Shown piece after piece: positions 13,487-25,617 of a stretch of DNA of 64,000 bases. The notes below the pieces were generated by a model. The model had not been told where the DNA came from, did not search any database, and saw only the letters and a program-made list of their open reading frames with translations. The stretch lies in contig NC_043003.1 in the NCBI RefSeq assembly GCF_006345805.1, forward strand, positions 64,356,001 through 64,420,000, read 5' to 3'. A program made the position numbers and the translations under genes. Every line of letters begins with the position of its first letter. Position 1 is the first letter of the stretch. Origin of the DNA: Octopus sinensis. Its lineage: Eukaryota.

Positions 13487-14629
13487 GTATGGAAAACTTA
13501 TTCCAGTCTTATATAACGTTTTAGAATTCTGTCTATGTTGAAAATATATCATCATCATCATCGTCTTTTTTATTATTATATCCACTTCTTCATGTTTGCA
13601 TGTATCAGATGGTCTTCTTCAACATAACAAGCTGTCACTTATTGTGTGTGTGTGTTTGTTTTTGTTCCTTTGTATTCTCCTTCATATGGTTCAGTGTCAT
13701 AATTTTTACCTCTTTTATTACTGTTTTCCTTGGGCTTTCTCTTCCAACGTTGCCTTCCAGGGGCTAGAGTCTTCTATTATAGCTCCAGATTGACCAAAGC
13801 CTTGTGAGTGAATTTGGTTGACAGAAACTAAAAGAAGCCCGTCATTGTGTGTGTGTGTATAAATATATATATAGAGAGTGAGTGAGTGAGAAATCTCTTA
13901 AGTGTTATCAAACCTGCCTCATGGTAATGTTGGCTTTTATCTCCATCTTAGAGATGTGTACCAACATTATATGTATGATACATGTGTGTGTGTTGGGCAA
14001 GTGTCTGCTACTATAGCCTCGGGTGACAAAAGCCTTGTGAGTGTAATTGGTGAAGCCTGTCATATATACATATATATGTGTGTGTGTTTGTGCGTCTATG
14101 TTTTTCTATGCCACCATTGCTTGACAACCGATGTTGTTATATTTATGTCCCTGTAACTTAACGGTTTGGCAAAACAGAATGATAGAATAAGTACTAGGCT
14201 TACAAAGTCCTTGGGTTGATTTGTTCAACTAAAAGTGGTACTCCACCATGGCCGCAGTCAAATGACTGAAACAAATAGAAGAATAAAAGAAAAGGATATA
14301 TATATATATATAATGGACTCTACCATGGAAGACACAAATGAACATTCAGTATTTGCCAAATGATGACCTGCACAAATGAATTGTTTTTAGTGATCAAATG
14401 TATGTGCCAACCATTAGTTCACTCTCTCCATTAGATTGATGTTGTTTGAATAGGTGCACTGTGTGCCACGCATCTGGTGTCAACGCAAGAGGAAGTACTT
14501 TGCTCAAGAACACAGCGCACCACCCAGTCTAGGAAATGTAACCACGATATGTATATATATATATATGACTGAGTGCCTTCGCGTCGATTCGATTCGATTC
14601 GTTCCGTTTCGTTTCTTCTTCTCCCAGTA

Positions 14630-14684
<55 letters not shown>

Positions 14685-15290
14685 TATAAGTGTTTGTGTG
14701 TGAGTGTGTATATGTATATGTGTCTTTGTTTTGACATAATTTAATAGTTAGAAATGGTTGTCAGTGCCATATAAGCTGAGTCATTCATTTCCAATATTCT
14801 ACAAGAACTGATTTGGCTATGGAGAAATATTACCTTGCATTGAAACAATTGAAGGTTGGTGACAGGAAGGGCATTTTGGCCATAGAAAATCTACCTCAAT
14901 AAATTTTATTTGACACGTGCAAGTATGGGAAGGTGGCCATTAAACCAATGATGATGAAGTAATTTCTGCAAAAAAACATAGATTATCTAGAGATGATAAT
15001 GTCTATTTCTTTGTAAGAAACTGAAATTATTATTATTCCTGAAAGTTGGTACTTGTGCCATGTAAAAAGCACCCAGAACTCTCAGTAAAAAGCTGGTGTT
15101 TGGAAAGGCATCCAACCACAGAAGCCCTGCTGAAACAGACTGGAACCTCGTGCAGCCCCTGTGAAACCATCCAACTCATGCCAGCATGGAGAATTGACAT
15201 TAACAGTTGATGATGTTGATGATAAAATTTATAGATATTTTTAACTAATTCAATTCTTCTGAAATAACATCTGTTTGTCTTATTTTCAAG

Positions 15291-15547
15291 CTGGAAATCC
15301 TCCAGCTTCTAGCAGAAAACAGTTACTCACAAGCCGCAATTACAATATCATTCTTGAAGTTGATCCTCATACTTGCCCTTTCCATCGTCAACTCAGGCAA
15401 ATTGAAAGAGACTTAATCAAAAATCTTACAAAGACCAATAAGAAAGATAGAGTTACCAATTCCTATATTCGTCAAGAAATTCCAGGAAGTTCAGCTGAAT
15501 CATGTAGTAGAAGTGTTTATGATGTTATTTTAACACCAGACAAACAT
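15291..15547 (+). CDS. TERB1: TERB1-like exon with the TERB2/TRF1-binding region (LTSRNY...C-x-x-H...IE...DVILTP)
   Basis: ttttcaAG acceptor and GTAAGT donor; translation resembles, from memory, the vertebrate TERB1 segment LNSRNF...CDRHKVIVEAE...KILLTP. Confidence 0.85.
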
Positions 15548-16824
15548 GTAAGTCATTAAGCGTTTTTCATTTACACATTTTGATTAAGATTATAGCCCAC
15601 TCTATTCATTATACACAGAATATGTGCATACCCTTGTATCTTGTCTACCTTCTTTTCAGCTACTTCCGTCCACCCTTATATAATACAGTGTAACCATGTA
15701 TTTCCTCCCTATATAAAAATGAAAACAAAAAAAATGGAACAAGAATGTAACAGGAGACAAAAAACATCCAGACAGTTAGACGATACGAAAAAGGGACAGG
15801 AAAAAACAAGGATGAGTCATTCGGAGCTTCCTATCCTCAGTCGAGTATCAGATTATCTTAGCAGTTTCAACCGGTTACACTCGAGACTGCTCCAATCTGG
15901 CTGGCCCCAAGAAAATCTAAGCTAAGAGCACTGGACTCCTTCGAATAAACAAGTGAATGTATACGAAAACAAAGACGTAAAAAACGGAGAAATGCTACAC
16001 AATTACAAATACAAACAACAGGTGTCTTTCGACTAAGGACGAATTAAATTAAGGTGGCATGTGTGGAAGTGAAGCCTTACAGCAGGAACATAGAAGATGA
16101 AAGTCATGGGAAGGAATATAAGAGATGCTACATGGATGGTAGTTGAACCAAGAAAGAAAGGTCAGACTTGGCAGAACACTGGTCACATGGAAGGAGAGGA
16201 GAGAGATAGGGGATAGAGGGATTGAAGAATTAGGGAGGGACGAGAAAGAGAGAAAAAGAAAGGAAAGGGACAGAGTGAGGGAAAAGAGGAGGGAAAGTGA
16301 TGAGAATGAAGGGAAGGCCATAGTATGACACCTTTGCTTGTCCCTTTATCATTCTATAGCCTTTTAACACCTGGCATAACCCTGTCATCTTAATTACTTG
16401 CTCCACCTCCTACTCTACTTACTTAGTTGAGAAGGCTTTTTTTCTTTTGTTTGTTCTTTTCTCGTCTTGTATGTTACTCAGTGGCTTTAATAGTGGCATG
16501 AAAAAGGCACCACTTTCCATTACTTGGAGCACTCACTAAAGTGGTTGGCATTGAGAAGGACATTGAACCACAGAAACTATACTGAAGCTGATGGTGCAGC
16601 TCGGTGTAGCCCTGGGGTATGCGTAATCCTCTCAAACCATCCAATCCAGGTCAACATTGAAAGCAAACATTAAATGATGATGATGATAATGATGATGAAA
16701 GGGATGCACATCTTTAAAGTTGTCGCAGCAGATCAATCTAACCCCATGTCGGTTTAAAAGACAAACATTGAACTTGTTAGGATAACTAATTGTTTTGTAG
16801 ATGTTTGCTTGTATTCTTTTACAG

Positions 16825-17040
16825 AACATCACTCCACCAAATCATCGCTCTCCTTTTTTATTAAAACACAATGGCGATCAGCGTAGGAGAAAGCGTTTAG
16901 AATACTCAAAGGAAGAAGTTGAATATTTAAAAGATGGTGTGCTTAAAATGGGCAAGTCCTGGCATCAAATACGACATGCTTATGCGTTTCACCCATCAAG
17001 AACAGCCGTAGACCTCTACAATAAATACAAACAAATTAGG
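16825..17040 (+). CDS. TERB1: TERB1-like exon, Myb domain 1 (RRKRLEYSKEEVEYLKDGVLKMGKSWHQIRHAYAFHPSRTAVDLYNKYKQIR)
   Basis: ttttacAG acceptor, GTAGGA donor, phase 0/0; close match to the TERB1-type Myb pattern EEV-YL--GV-KMG--W--I----F---R-AVDL--KY. Confidence 0.9.
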
Positions 17041-17228
17041 GTAGGACAGTTTTATGTGGTTTTGATATAATTGTATTTTATAATGACATAGGTTATCTTA
17101 TAATGATGTATAGGTGCAGGCATGGCTGTGTGGTTCTCATCCAAGTGGTTTTGAGTTCAATCCCACTCATAGCCAACCAAAACTATGTGATTGGATTTAG
17201 TAGATGGAAGCAGAAAAAGACTTATGTG

Positions 17229-17274
<46 letters not shown>

Positions 17275-17280
<6 letters not shown>

Positions 17281-18137
17281 GGCAATAAAGTCACTATACA
17301 GTTACTTAGAATGACAATTTAAGACAAAGTAATTAATTGACTTTGGAAGGTTAGATGCAAATTCTCTGAAGCCCAGTAAGTGCAATTGTGTCTGTTTACA
17401 CTTCCAGATAGCTTGAATTATGCTTCGTCAGACCACACTTTATTGAGTGGAGTAAGTGTAACCTCACAATGATTAACAAAGATTTTGCAGAACTATAAAC
17501 AACGTTCTCCATTATCTTCAATTAATCCATGAATGAGTTGTGGTATATAAGGCTTGTAGTTTAATTCTTTCAGCATTATCTGAAGCGATCTTCTATTTAT
17601 GTCCAAGTCTAGGGCATGGTGTCTTGTTGATTTACAAGGGCTGTGTAATACTGATTCAACAACCAGATATCTGTTTTCTTCTGTGCAAGTCGTTTTTGGC
17701 TGACCGCAGCATGAAGAATCTAACACAGTCTGTGTTATTGAATTTAACCCAAATTTGATAAATAGCCATTCATGTTGAAGGAGGTGTTTCAAATGATTCC
17801 TGCCATTGCCTGATGGCATCTGCAGCATTTTCATGCTTCCAGTACCTTTCCAGAATGAATTGACACTCACCTAAAGTCAGTTGGTGAGACATGATTAAAA
17901 ATGATACTTGAGAACAAGCCGACAGGTATAATGCATTAAGTTAGATAACAGATTATGTAAACTTCTCTCATTGGTCAGATTAACTTCCGATAAGCTACAA
18001 TTATAAACCAACTTTGATGATTTATAAGCTACAGTCGTAAACCAGTTTCTGTGTCGTGTGTATTGCTTTACTTCTCTTCCGATTCTGCTTTGCTTTTTTA
18101 TCATAAGTAACTGTATAGTGACTTTTTTGCCACCCTG
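17275..18137 (-). mobile_element. Internally deleted Tc1/mariner-superfamily DNA transposon
   Basis: About 33-bp TIRs (CAGAGTGGCAATAAAGTCACTATACAGTTACTT); ORF 17493..17870 resembles a transposase HTH (GQPKT..TEEN...V..SP.KSTR...KPY). Confidence 0.85.
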
Positions 18138-18140
18138 TAT

Positions 18141-18365
18141 GGCGGCGAGCTGGCAGAACCGTTAGCATGCCAGGCGAAATGCGTAGCTGTATTTCGTCTG
18201 CCGTTACATTCTGAGTTCAAATTCTGCCGAGGTTGACTTTGCCTTTTATCCTTTCAGGGTCGATAAAATTAAGTACCAGTTATGCACTGGGGTTGATGTA
18301 ATTGACTTAATCCGTTTGTCTGTGCTTGTTTGTTCCCTCTATGTTTAGCCCCTTGTGGGTAATAA
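18141..18365 (+). mobile_element. SINE family B copy
   Basis: GGCGGCGAGCTGGCAGAA head and GCCTTTTATCCTTTCAGGGTCGATAAA core. Confidence 0.85.
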
Positions 18366-19069
18366 ACATATATATAGGATTTTTACAGACAAAGGGGACA
18401 AAGATCTTGGTCTTTTTATTTTTTCTTGTCCCATTTTCTGCATCAATCTTCTTAGTATTTTCTTCCCATCTTCTCTCATGTATCCTCATAGACCAGTATT
18501 CTGGTTATCAAATAGGTGTATTGGAATGCACTGAGCCTAAAAGATCGATTGGAGATATATGGCATGTTATATAAATTTGCCAAATTATTGTTTCACTACA
18601 GCATGAAACTATTAGTAGCTGTCTTTTTAAAATTCTTTGTATATTAAAGTATATTTATCTCTCACTGGATAGAGTACCTTTTTTGTTGATCTTAGCTTGG
18701 GGTTAGGAAAGCCATCCAGCTGGAAAAACCAATCCAAATTAGACTATGGAACCTGGTGTGGCACCCGGCCTTGCCAGTTCCCATCAGGCTGTCCAACCCA
18801 TGCCAGCAAGGAAAACAGATGCTAAATGTTGATGATGATATGTATATATAGAGATACACATGCACTTTGCACACATGCTTATATGTGCAAACATGTATGT
18901 ATGTGTGTGTGTATGCATGTGAATGTATGTATGTGTGTATGCATGTGAATGTATGTATGTATATCTGTTTATACATTTATTAACATACAAGTGTAAACAT
19001 GCTTGTGCATGCACATGTATGGGTATATTTACATTTTTGGCTGCTTAACATGCAGACTGTTTGAAAACT

Positions 19070-19530
19070 ATACATTATTTGTAAGGTTATTTCTTACAGA
19101 TATTCTACAGAAATTATAGCCAGCACTGATTTTTTGCTAGTGTTTTGTATCGGGACATCAGATGTAAACAAACAATGTGATCAGAGACAAAAGTGGCTAA
19201 TGAGTGTACATGCCATATTTTGGGGGTTGTTTCCCCTTCATCAGCACTCATCTAACCCATTCTCACCTCCAAACACATTGCTTATATACCCACAACATAC
19301 AGCGGTGTTAAGTTATTGGATACACCAATTTACATATTAGACGCGTTCCTGGAGCTGTCACATAAAGACTAATGATCTGTAGGTACATGGTACTTCGTTA
19401 TGCAAACACAATATACTATGAACTATATATACCCACTTTTGTCTCTGATCACATTGTCTGTTTACATCTGACATCTCGATACAAAACATTGTAGCAAAAA
19501 TCAGTAAGAAGCAACCTTAAAAATAATGTA
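19070..19530. mobile_element. MITE with long TIRs
   Basis: Arms at about 19070-19197 and 19433-19530 are reverse complements. Confidence 0.7.
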
Positions 19531-21581
19531 ACAAGCACTGCTGATGCAGTAGGACGTGGTGCTGACTTATAAAAAGCATCTAGTATACTTTATAGTATAT
19601 TGTGTTTGCATCACCAAATCCACGTACCTATAAACCTTTAATGTATGTTTTATTTTTGGTTTGATCTTACTCTGGAAATAATTTTAATTTACTCTGTATA
19701 TAGAAGAAAGTTCTCAGATTTCAAATGAATTTCTTATGTATCACCCATAAAACCCTTGGCTTTTGAATCACTTTTGTAACTTACTGTCAATTAAAAGATA
19801 ATATTAAAATGTGTGTATGTGTGTGATCATCATTTGAACATCCACTTTCCCATATGTCTCTGAATTGGACAGAATTTATTGAGCGGAATTTTTACAACCA
19901 GATGCTATTCCTGTTTCCAAGTACCATATTACCATGGAATGTTTGAAATGAATGACTGCTTGTATTTAAGTGATACTTATACCAATCACATGCATGTATA
20001 TATCATCATCATCATTTAATGTCCATTTTCTATGCTGGTTTGGGTTGGACAGTTTGACAGAGGCTGGCTAGGCAGAAGAATGTACTAGGCTTCACTGTTT
20101 ATATATACATTGACAGGTTTCTTTCAGTTTCTTTCTACGAAATCCATTCATGAGACTGGTCAACCTGAGAACATAGTAAAAGACACTTGCCCGAGGTACT
20201 ACATAGGGGGATGGAATCCCAAACTATGTGGTTGGGAAGCAAACTTTTTACCAGATACGCATGCCTGCAACTATATATATATATAAATTCAAAGTGGCTG
20301 AAGATTAGCATCATGCTTGAAACTTGGAGTACCAGCGAATTTGAATTAAACTGTTTTGATCCATACATACTGTATATATATCAGGCACATGCCATCAGTA
20401 ATTACTCAAGGTAGGCAGTTGGTGATGTTTATGTTGTAAAACACACAAAAAAGTAAGCGAAACACAGGCATGCGATTGAGTTGTAGGCAGATTTACTTCT
20501 GCCTTTATAGTGCGTAAAGAAAACATTGTTGTAGGAATGTACACAGCAGTTCTATGCATAATTTTAATACTGAGATTGAAAGGCAGGGGTAAATTATGCC
20601 TACCTAATCTACAAAGAAATAAAATATTTTGTATTTTATGCAGAGTAATCAGAGTAACCTTCATAATTTTATCGAATTAGGTGCATATTTTGCCATGAAA
20701 TATTACTATCAATGTATTTTATTCAGGGTAGGCACTGCCTACCTTGCCTACCCAGTTGGCACGTCCCTGATATGTATTTATATATAAGTAAATTAGAGGA
20801 TATATTAACCCCTTAAAGGGATGATTACATCCAAGAACACACTGGTTCTATACCTTATATCCTTAGGAAATAAAATTTCTCTACATCAATATATTAAATT
20901 GATAATCATTTCTTCCTATAGCTTTAGGAAGAAATGATTATCAATTTATTAACAATAAATAATTATTAACCACTAACTCACCATTTTCTTCTTTTGATTT
21001 AATATGGAGTATATTATATATATATATATATATATATATTAATAGTAAGGATTCAGGATAGAATCAGGTACTTAAATGGTTGGGTGTTATTTATTTATTT
21101 GCTATATATATATGTAATCAATATCTTCATCATCATCATTATCATCTTTTAACATCTCTCTTCTTTGCTTGTGTTGGTTGGACAGTTTGACAGGTTCTGA
21201 TGAGACAGAGAACTGCATCATACTCCAGCTAATACCTGCCTTAGTATGGTTTCTAAAGCTGGATGCCATTTCTAATGGCAACTACTTGATAGCGTGTACC
21301 GTCTTTTCATGCATACAAGTCAATGTAGTATATATAGTCAAAACATGTAGAGTAAACATTCTCATGTCCCTATCTTTCAAAGCCTCCTGCATTTCACATG
21401 GAGTTTTTAGACCTCCAAGGTCATCTTGGTGTATAAGTTGCCCTAGGGTTTTTTTTTTTTTTGGCTGTAAATTGTGGTCTGAAAAATTTGACTTGTATGC
21501 TGGAAAATATGGTATATATATGTGCGTGTATATTTGTGTGCATGTGTATATAAACATATATATATATATATTTACATACAC

Positions 21582-21930
21582 AGGTGCAGGAGTGGCTGTG
21601 TGGTAAGATGCTTGCTCCCCAACCACATGGTTGGCACCTTGGGCAAGTGTCTTCTACTATAGCCCCTCGGCCGACCAAAGCCTTGTGAGTGGATTTGGTA
21701 GATAGAAACTGAAAGAAGCCCATGGTGCATGTATGTATTTATGCATCTGTATTTGTCCCCCCACCATCGCTTGACAACTGATGTTGGTGTGTTTATGTCC
21801 CTGTAACTTACCAGTTTGGCAAAAGAATACTAGGCTTACAAAGAATAAGTCCTGGGGTTGATTTGTTTCACTAAAGGCGGTGCTCCAGCATGGCCGCAGT
21901 CAAACAAGCAGCAGTACAGAATTGAAACAA
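21582..21930 (+). mobile_element. SINE family A copy
   Basis: Same head, body and tail as other family A copies. Confidence 0.85.
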
Positions 21931-22128
21931 TCAAAAAAATGCTTAACTTCTCAGAGAATATATATATATGTTAAGCAAAATATAAGTTAGAGGTTATGCA
22001 ACCATCTAAAGGATAGATGTATCCGTAGGCATTCCTGGTGTATTACCTTACTATGTATAGTCCTAGCTATAAGGTATACCGTAGTAGGTAATTTAAAGGT
22101 AAAACCGTGGTTTAATATATATGAAAAA

Positions 22129-22248
22129 GAAAAGAAATGGAGCAATAATTAACAATGAGAAGTTGATCATTGGTATTAAAAAGTCATTAATGATTTTTTA
22201 ATACCAATAATCAACTTCTCATTGTTAATTATTGCTCCATTTCTTTTC
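22129..22248. repeat. Near-perfect 120-bp palindrome
   Basis: GAAAAGAAATGGAGCAATAATTAACAATGAGAAGTTGA...TCAACTTCTCATTGTTAATTATTGCTCCATTTCTTTTC. Confidence 0.9.
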
Positions 22249-22622
22249 TGTGGCTGTGTGGTAAGTAGCTTGCTTACAAACCACATGGTTCCAGGTTCAG
22301 TCACACAGCATGGCACCTTGGGCAAGTGGCTTCTACTATAGCCTTGGGACGACCAGCCTTGTGAGTGGATTTGGTAGACGGAAACTGAAAGAAGTCCGTC
22401 GTCTATATATATGTGTGTGTATATTTGTGTGTCTGTGTTTGTCCCCCCAACATCGCTTGACAACCAATGGTGTGTGTTTATGTCCCTGTCACTTAGCAGT
22501 TTGGTAAGAGAGACCGATAGAATAAGTACTCGGCTTACAAAGAATAAGTCCGGGGTCGATTTGCTCGACTAAAGGTGGTGCTCCAGCATGGCTGCAGTCA
22601 AATGACTGAAACAAATAAAAGA
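22249..22622 (+). mobile_element. SINE family A copy (5' truncated)
   Basis: Family A body and tail. Confidence 0.85.
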
Positions 22623-22639
22623 ATATATATGTGCACTTG

Positions 22640-22675
<36 letters not shown>

Positions 22676-22938
22676 CATATATACGCACGTGTGTGTGCCC
22701 TCGCACACATTTGTGTGTGCTTATACATGCATCGACATGAGTTTCTATATAATTTCCGTTTATCAAATTCTGCTTACAAGGCATTGCTTATCAGTTATAA
22801 GATTGTATTCTTGTTTTGTTTTATAATTTTGAATATGAAAAACAAAAAAAATAGTCTAAACTTTCACTAACCAAAAAAAAAAAAAAATCTGATTAAATTG
22901 TTTATTTACAAAAAAAATAATCTAATAAACATTTTCAG

Positions 22939-23133
22939 AAAAGTTCTTGTGATAAAAGACCTGAACAGAAAACTAAAAAGAAAAATGATTTCTCAATATG
23001 TGAAATGAGGAGACTGAGAAGGGGAGTTAGGAAATATGGTTGCAACTGGACACAGATTTTAAAATCCTTTGAATTTTCTCCAAAGAAAACTCCTGAAGAT
23101 TTGCGTAATAAATGGAGGGTTATGAACAGGTAG
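22939..23133 (+). CDS. TERB1: Terminal coding exon, second TRF/telobox-like Myb domain (KKKNDFSICEMRRLRRGVRKYGCNWTQILKSFEFSPKKTPEDLRNKWRVMNR*)
   Basis: attttcAG acceptor in phase 0; 65 codons to TAG at 23131-23133; AATAAA at 23213-23218; absent from the ORF track. Confidence 0.82.
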   Translation, partial: KSSCDKRPEQKTKKKNDFSICEMRRLRRGVRKYGCNWTQILKSFEFSPKKTPEDLRNKWRVMNR

Positions 23134-25109
23134 CATCTTTTAAATTATCAATGTGTTTAAGTTATTAATCAGCCAGTTGATTTCTAAAAGTATATTTTTC
23201 AAGATGAAATTCAATAAAGTTAATGAATATTTTGTTTGTTTTTTGTTGTATGCAGAGTCATTTTGTTACTCAGTTTCTGAGTAGAGACATTGATTGGATA
23301 CAAAATCCAACCAATGGTAGCCCATAATCCTTCAAAATGTCCCTGGTACCATTTGGTGTGTGGTCATCCAGAACAAGCTGTCAACCCAGCTGGATCTTCA
23401 GTGAAGAGGACACAGTAAGCATGTTCTAACTCAGAAAATCAAGTACTCATGGCCAAAGAGTTTGAGCAGGCTTCTTGGAGGTGGCTCCAAAGGGTCCAAG
23501 ACATGTGGATGGACCTATATTACATGCTTTGACCCATTACCTTTCTGATTACTCAGTTAAATGTAAAGCTCATTTAGTTACATTTAAAAAAAGAAAAATT
23601 AACCATGCATTCTCATAGCTTTGAGATTTAGAATGACATTGTAGGGTAGGTGTGAGATGTTAGATATGGCTAGTTTGAACATAAAATGGATTGATTATTT
23701 GGTTCAAATGCTAAAGGATTAATATGTAGGAAAGAAATCTTTTTCTGAATGTGCACTGGTGAAATTTATGCGCATCTGATATGCCTGTGTGTCCTTTATG
23801 CCCTCAAATATGGCATTTTTCTAATAGAAAAGATAAGTGGATCTGATATCTTTAGATAATTCCTTTAAATCCATCTTTATTTATCACAAATAATAAAAAC
23901 ATTTAAAATATTTCAATAACTGTTTGAGTCCATGATTAGGAAAGTTTATCACGCTACATATGCTCAATTAAATATCAGTGAACTTATCTGCAATTAATGT
24001 ATCAAAGTCGCATTCTCGTTGATTTCTTCTTTTTGTTCACAATTAGAAATTTAACATGATTTCATCACACTTGATGCTTCATTATATCTAATCCACAAGC
24101 ATTATTGAACATCTTCATTCTTGGCCAGTTATTGTAAGGGAGATAATCATTTCTAGATAAATCTTGCCAGGATTATTTGAATTCTAACCCTCTCAGACCT
24201 AGGCTGACTTTTCCTTCCACCTGGGCTCCAAAGCAAAAAAAATTAATAGTTGCATATACAGCTCAAGAGTAATGATTGCAGACAAACTAATGGACAGAGT
24301 TGGGTGTATTTTCTTTTTCTATGTGTATTGTGCATAACAGTTTTATCGAGAATCTGACAGAGATGACATGTAACCTATTTCTGCAATAGCAGGAGTATGG
24401 CATAATGAGGTTGTAAAAATAAAACTTTTCCAACTTCAGTTTTAACAAAGGAAACATTTTCCTTTTGGCTCTGTAGTACAAATGTCTTGTTTTCAAAAGT
24501 TTTGAATTAAAATCTTTCACTAAACCTTATTCACAATTAATGATCCTAACACTAGCTTAATGATAACCAAGTTATTTTACTAAAATTCTTTGTTATATTT
24601 AAAATTAAATGAAAGAAATATAGAACATCTCAACAGAAATGTGGTAATAAAAGGTTTAACGAGACTGTAGACTATAACACAACAAAAAAGATGTTTGAGA
24701 TTCCTGCTCTCTACTATTATCTCTGCCTTAACAAAGGCAGAGGTATTGTTTTCAGTTATGTTTGTTTGTCCTTGGACAAGATATTTCAAGAACCGCTGGG
24801 TTGATACAGATGAAGCCTTCAGGGATGTTTGGTCTCACGACTGGCACAAACTGATTAGATTTTGGGATGCTGGTGAGTTTACGTCCCCCGTAACTTAGCG
24901 GTTTGGCAAAAGAGACCAATAGAATAAGTCCTGGGGTCAATTTCCTCGACTAAAGGCGGTGCTGCAGCATGGCCGCAGTCAAATGACTGAAACAAGTAAA
25001 AGAGTAAACTAAATTATCACTCGTCAGACATGTTTCTGACACATCCCAAGTCCTTATGTTTTAACAACACTCACTAAAACAAAACACAAAGTAAATATTA
25101 ATAGACATG

Positions 25110-25123
25110 TTTATTTATTTATT
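25110..25123 (-). terminator. Candidate polyadenylation signals (overlapping AATAAA) of BCAP31
   Basis: tttatttatttatt on + strand about 500 nt past the stop, followed on the - strand by a GT/T-rich tract. Confidence 0.5.
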
Positions 25124-25617
25124 AAATAGCATATTTATATATACAACGTAATAATACAAAATGTTATGTCTTGTTTATGAATAACTCAGTTTAATGGGAG
25201 GGCATCAAGGACATGTTAAATGTTTAGGTTGGCTGGATGTAAATCTCAGAGGAATGGGTCAATTAGTTCTCTGTTCTTCAGTCTTCATTTATTAAACGCA
25301 TCATTTATTTTTTTTTAAAAAAAGCACATAACCATCAAACTGATTTGTTTTCTTTTTTTCTGACCTCTCTCCACTTCTTTACAATGTGAAAGTAAAGTAA
25401 TAATAATTTCTTACATTTGTGTTCATTCAGGTCAAACACGTTCACTAAACTCATCATACCAATTCTGAAAGTCTGTAAGAATCCTTGAGACTATTTTTGT
25501 TCTGTAATTAGTAATAAGTTTGTCACCATGTTAGATATAGTTTGTAGGCTTAAAAATACATTTTGCTTAAGCTTCAAAACTTTCATGAAAAAATTAATAT
25601 TTACCCATTATTTTTCA

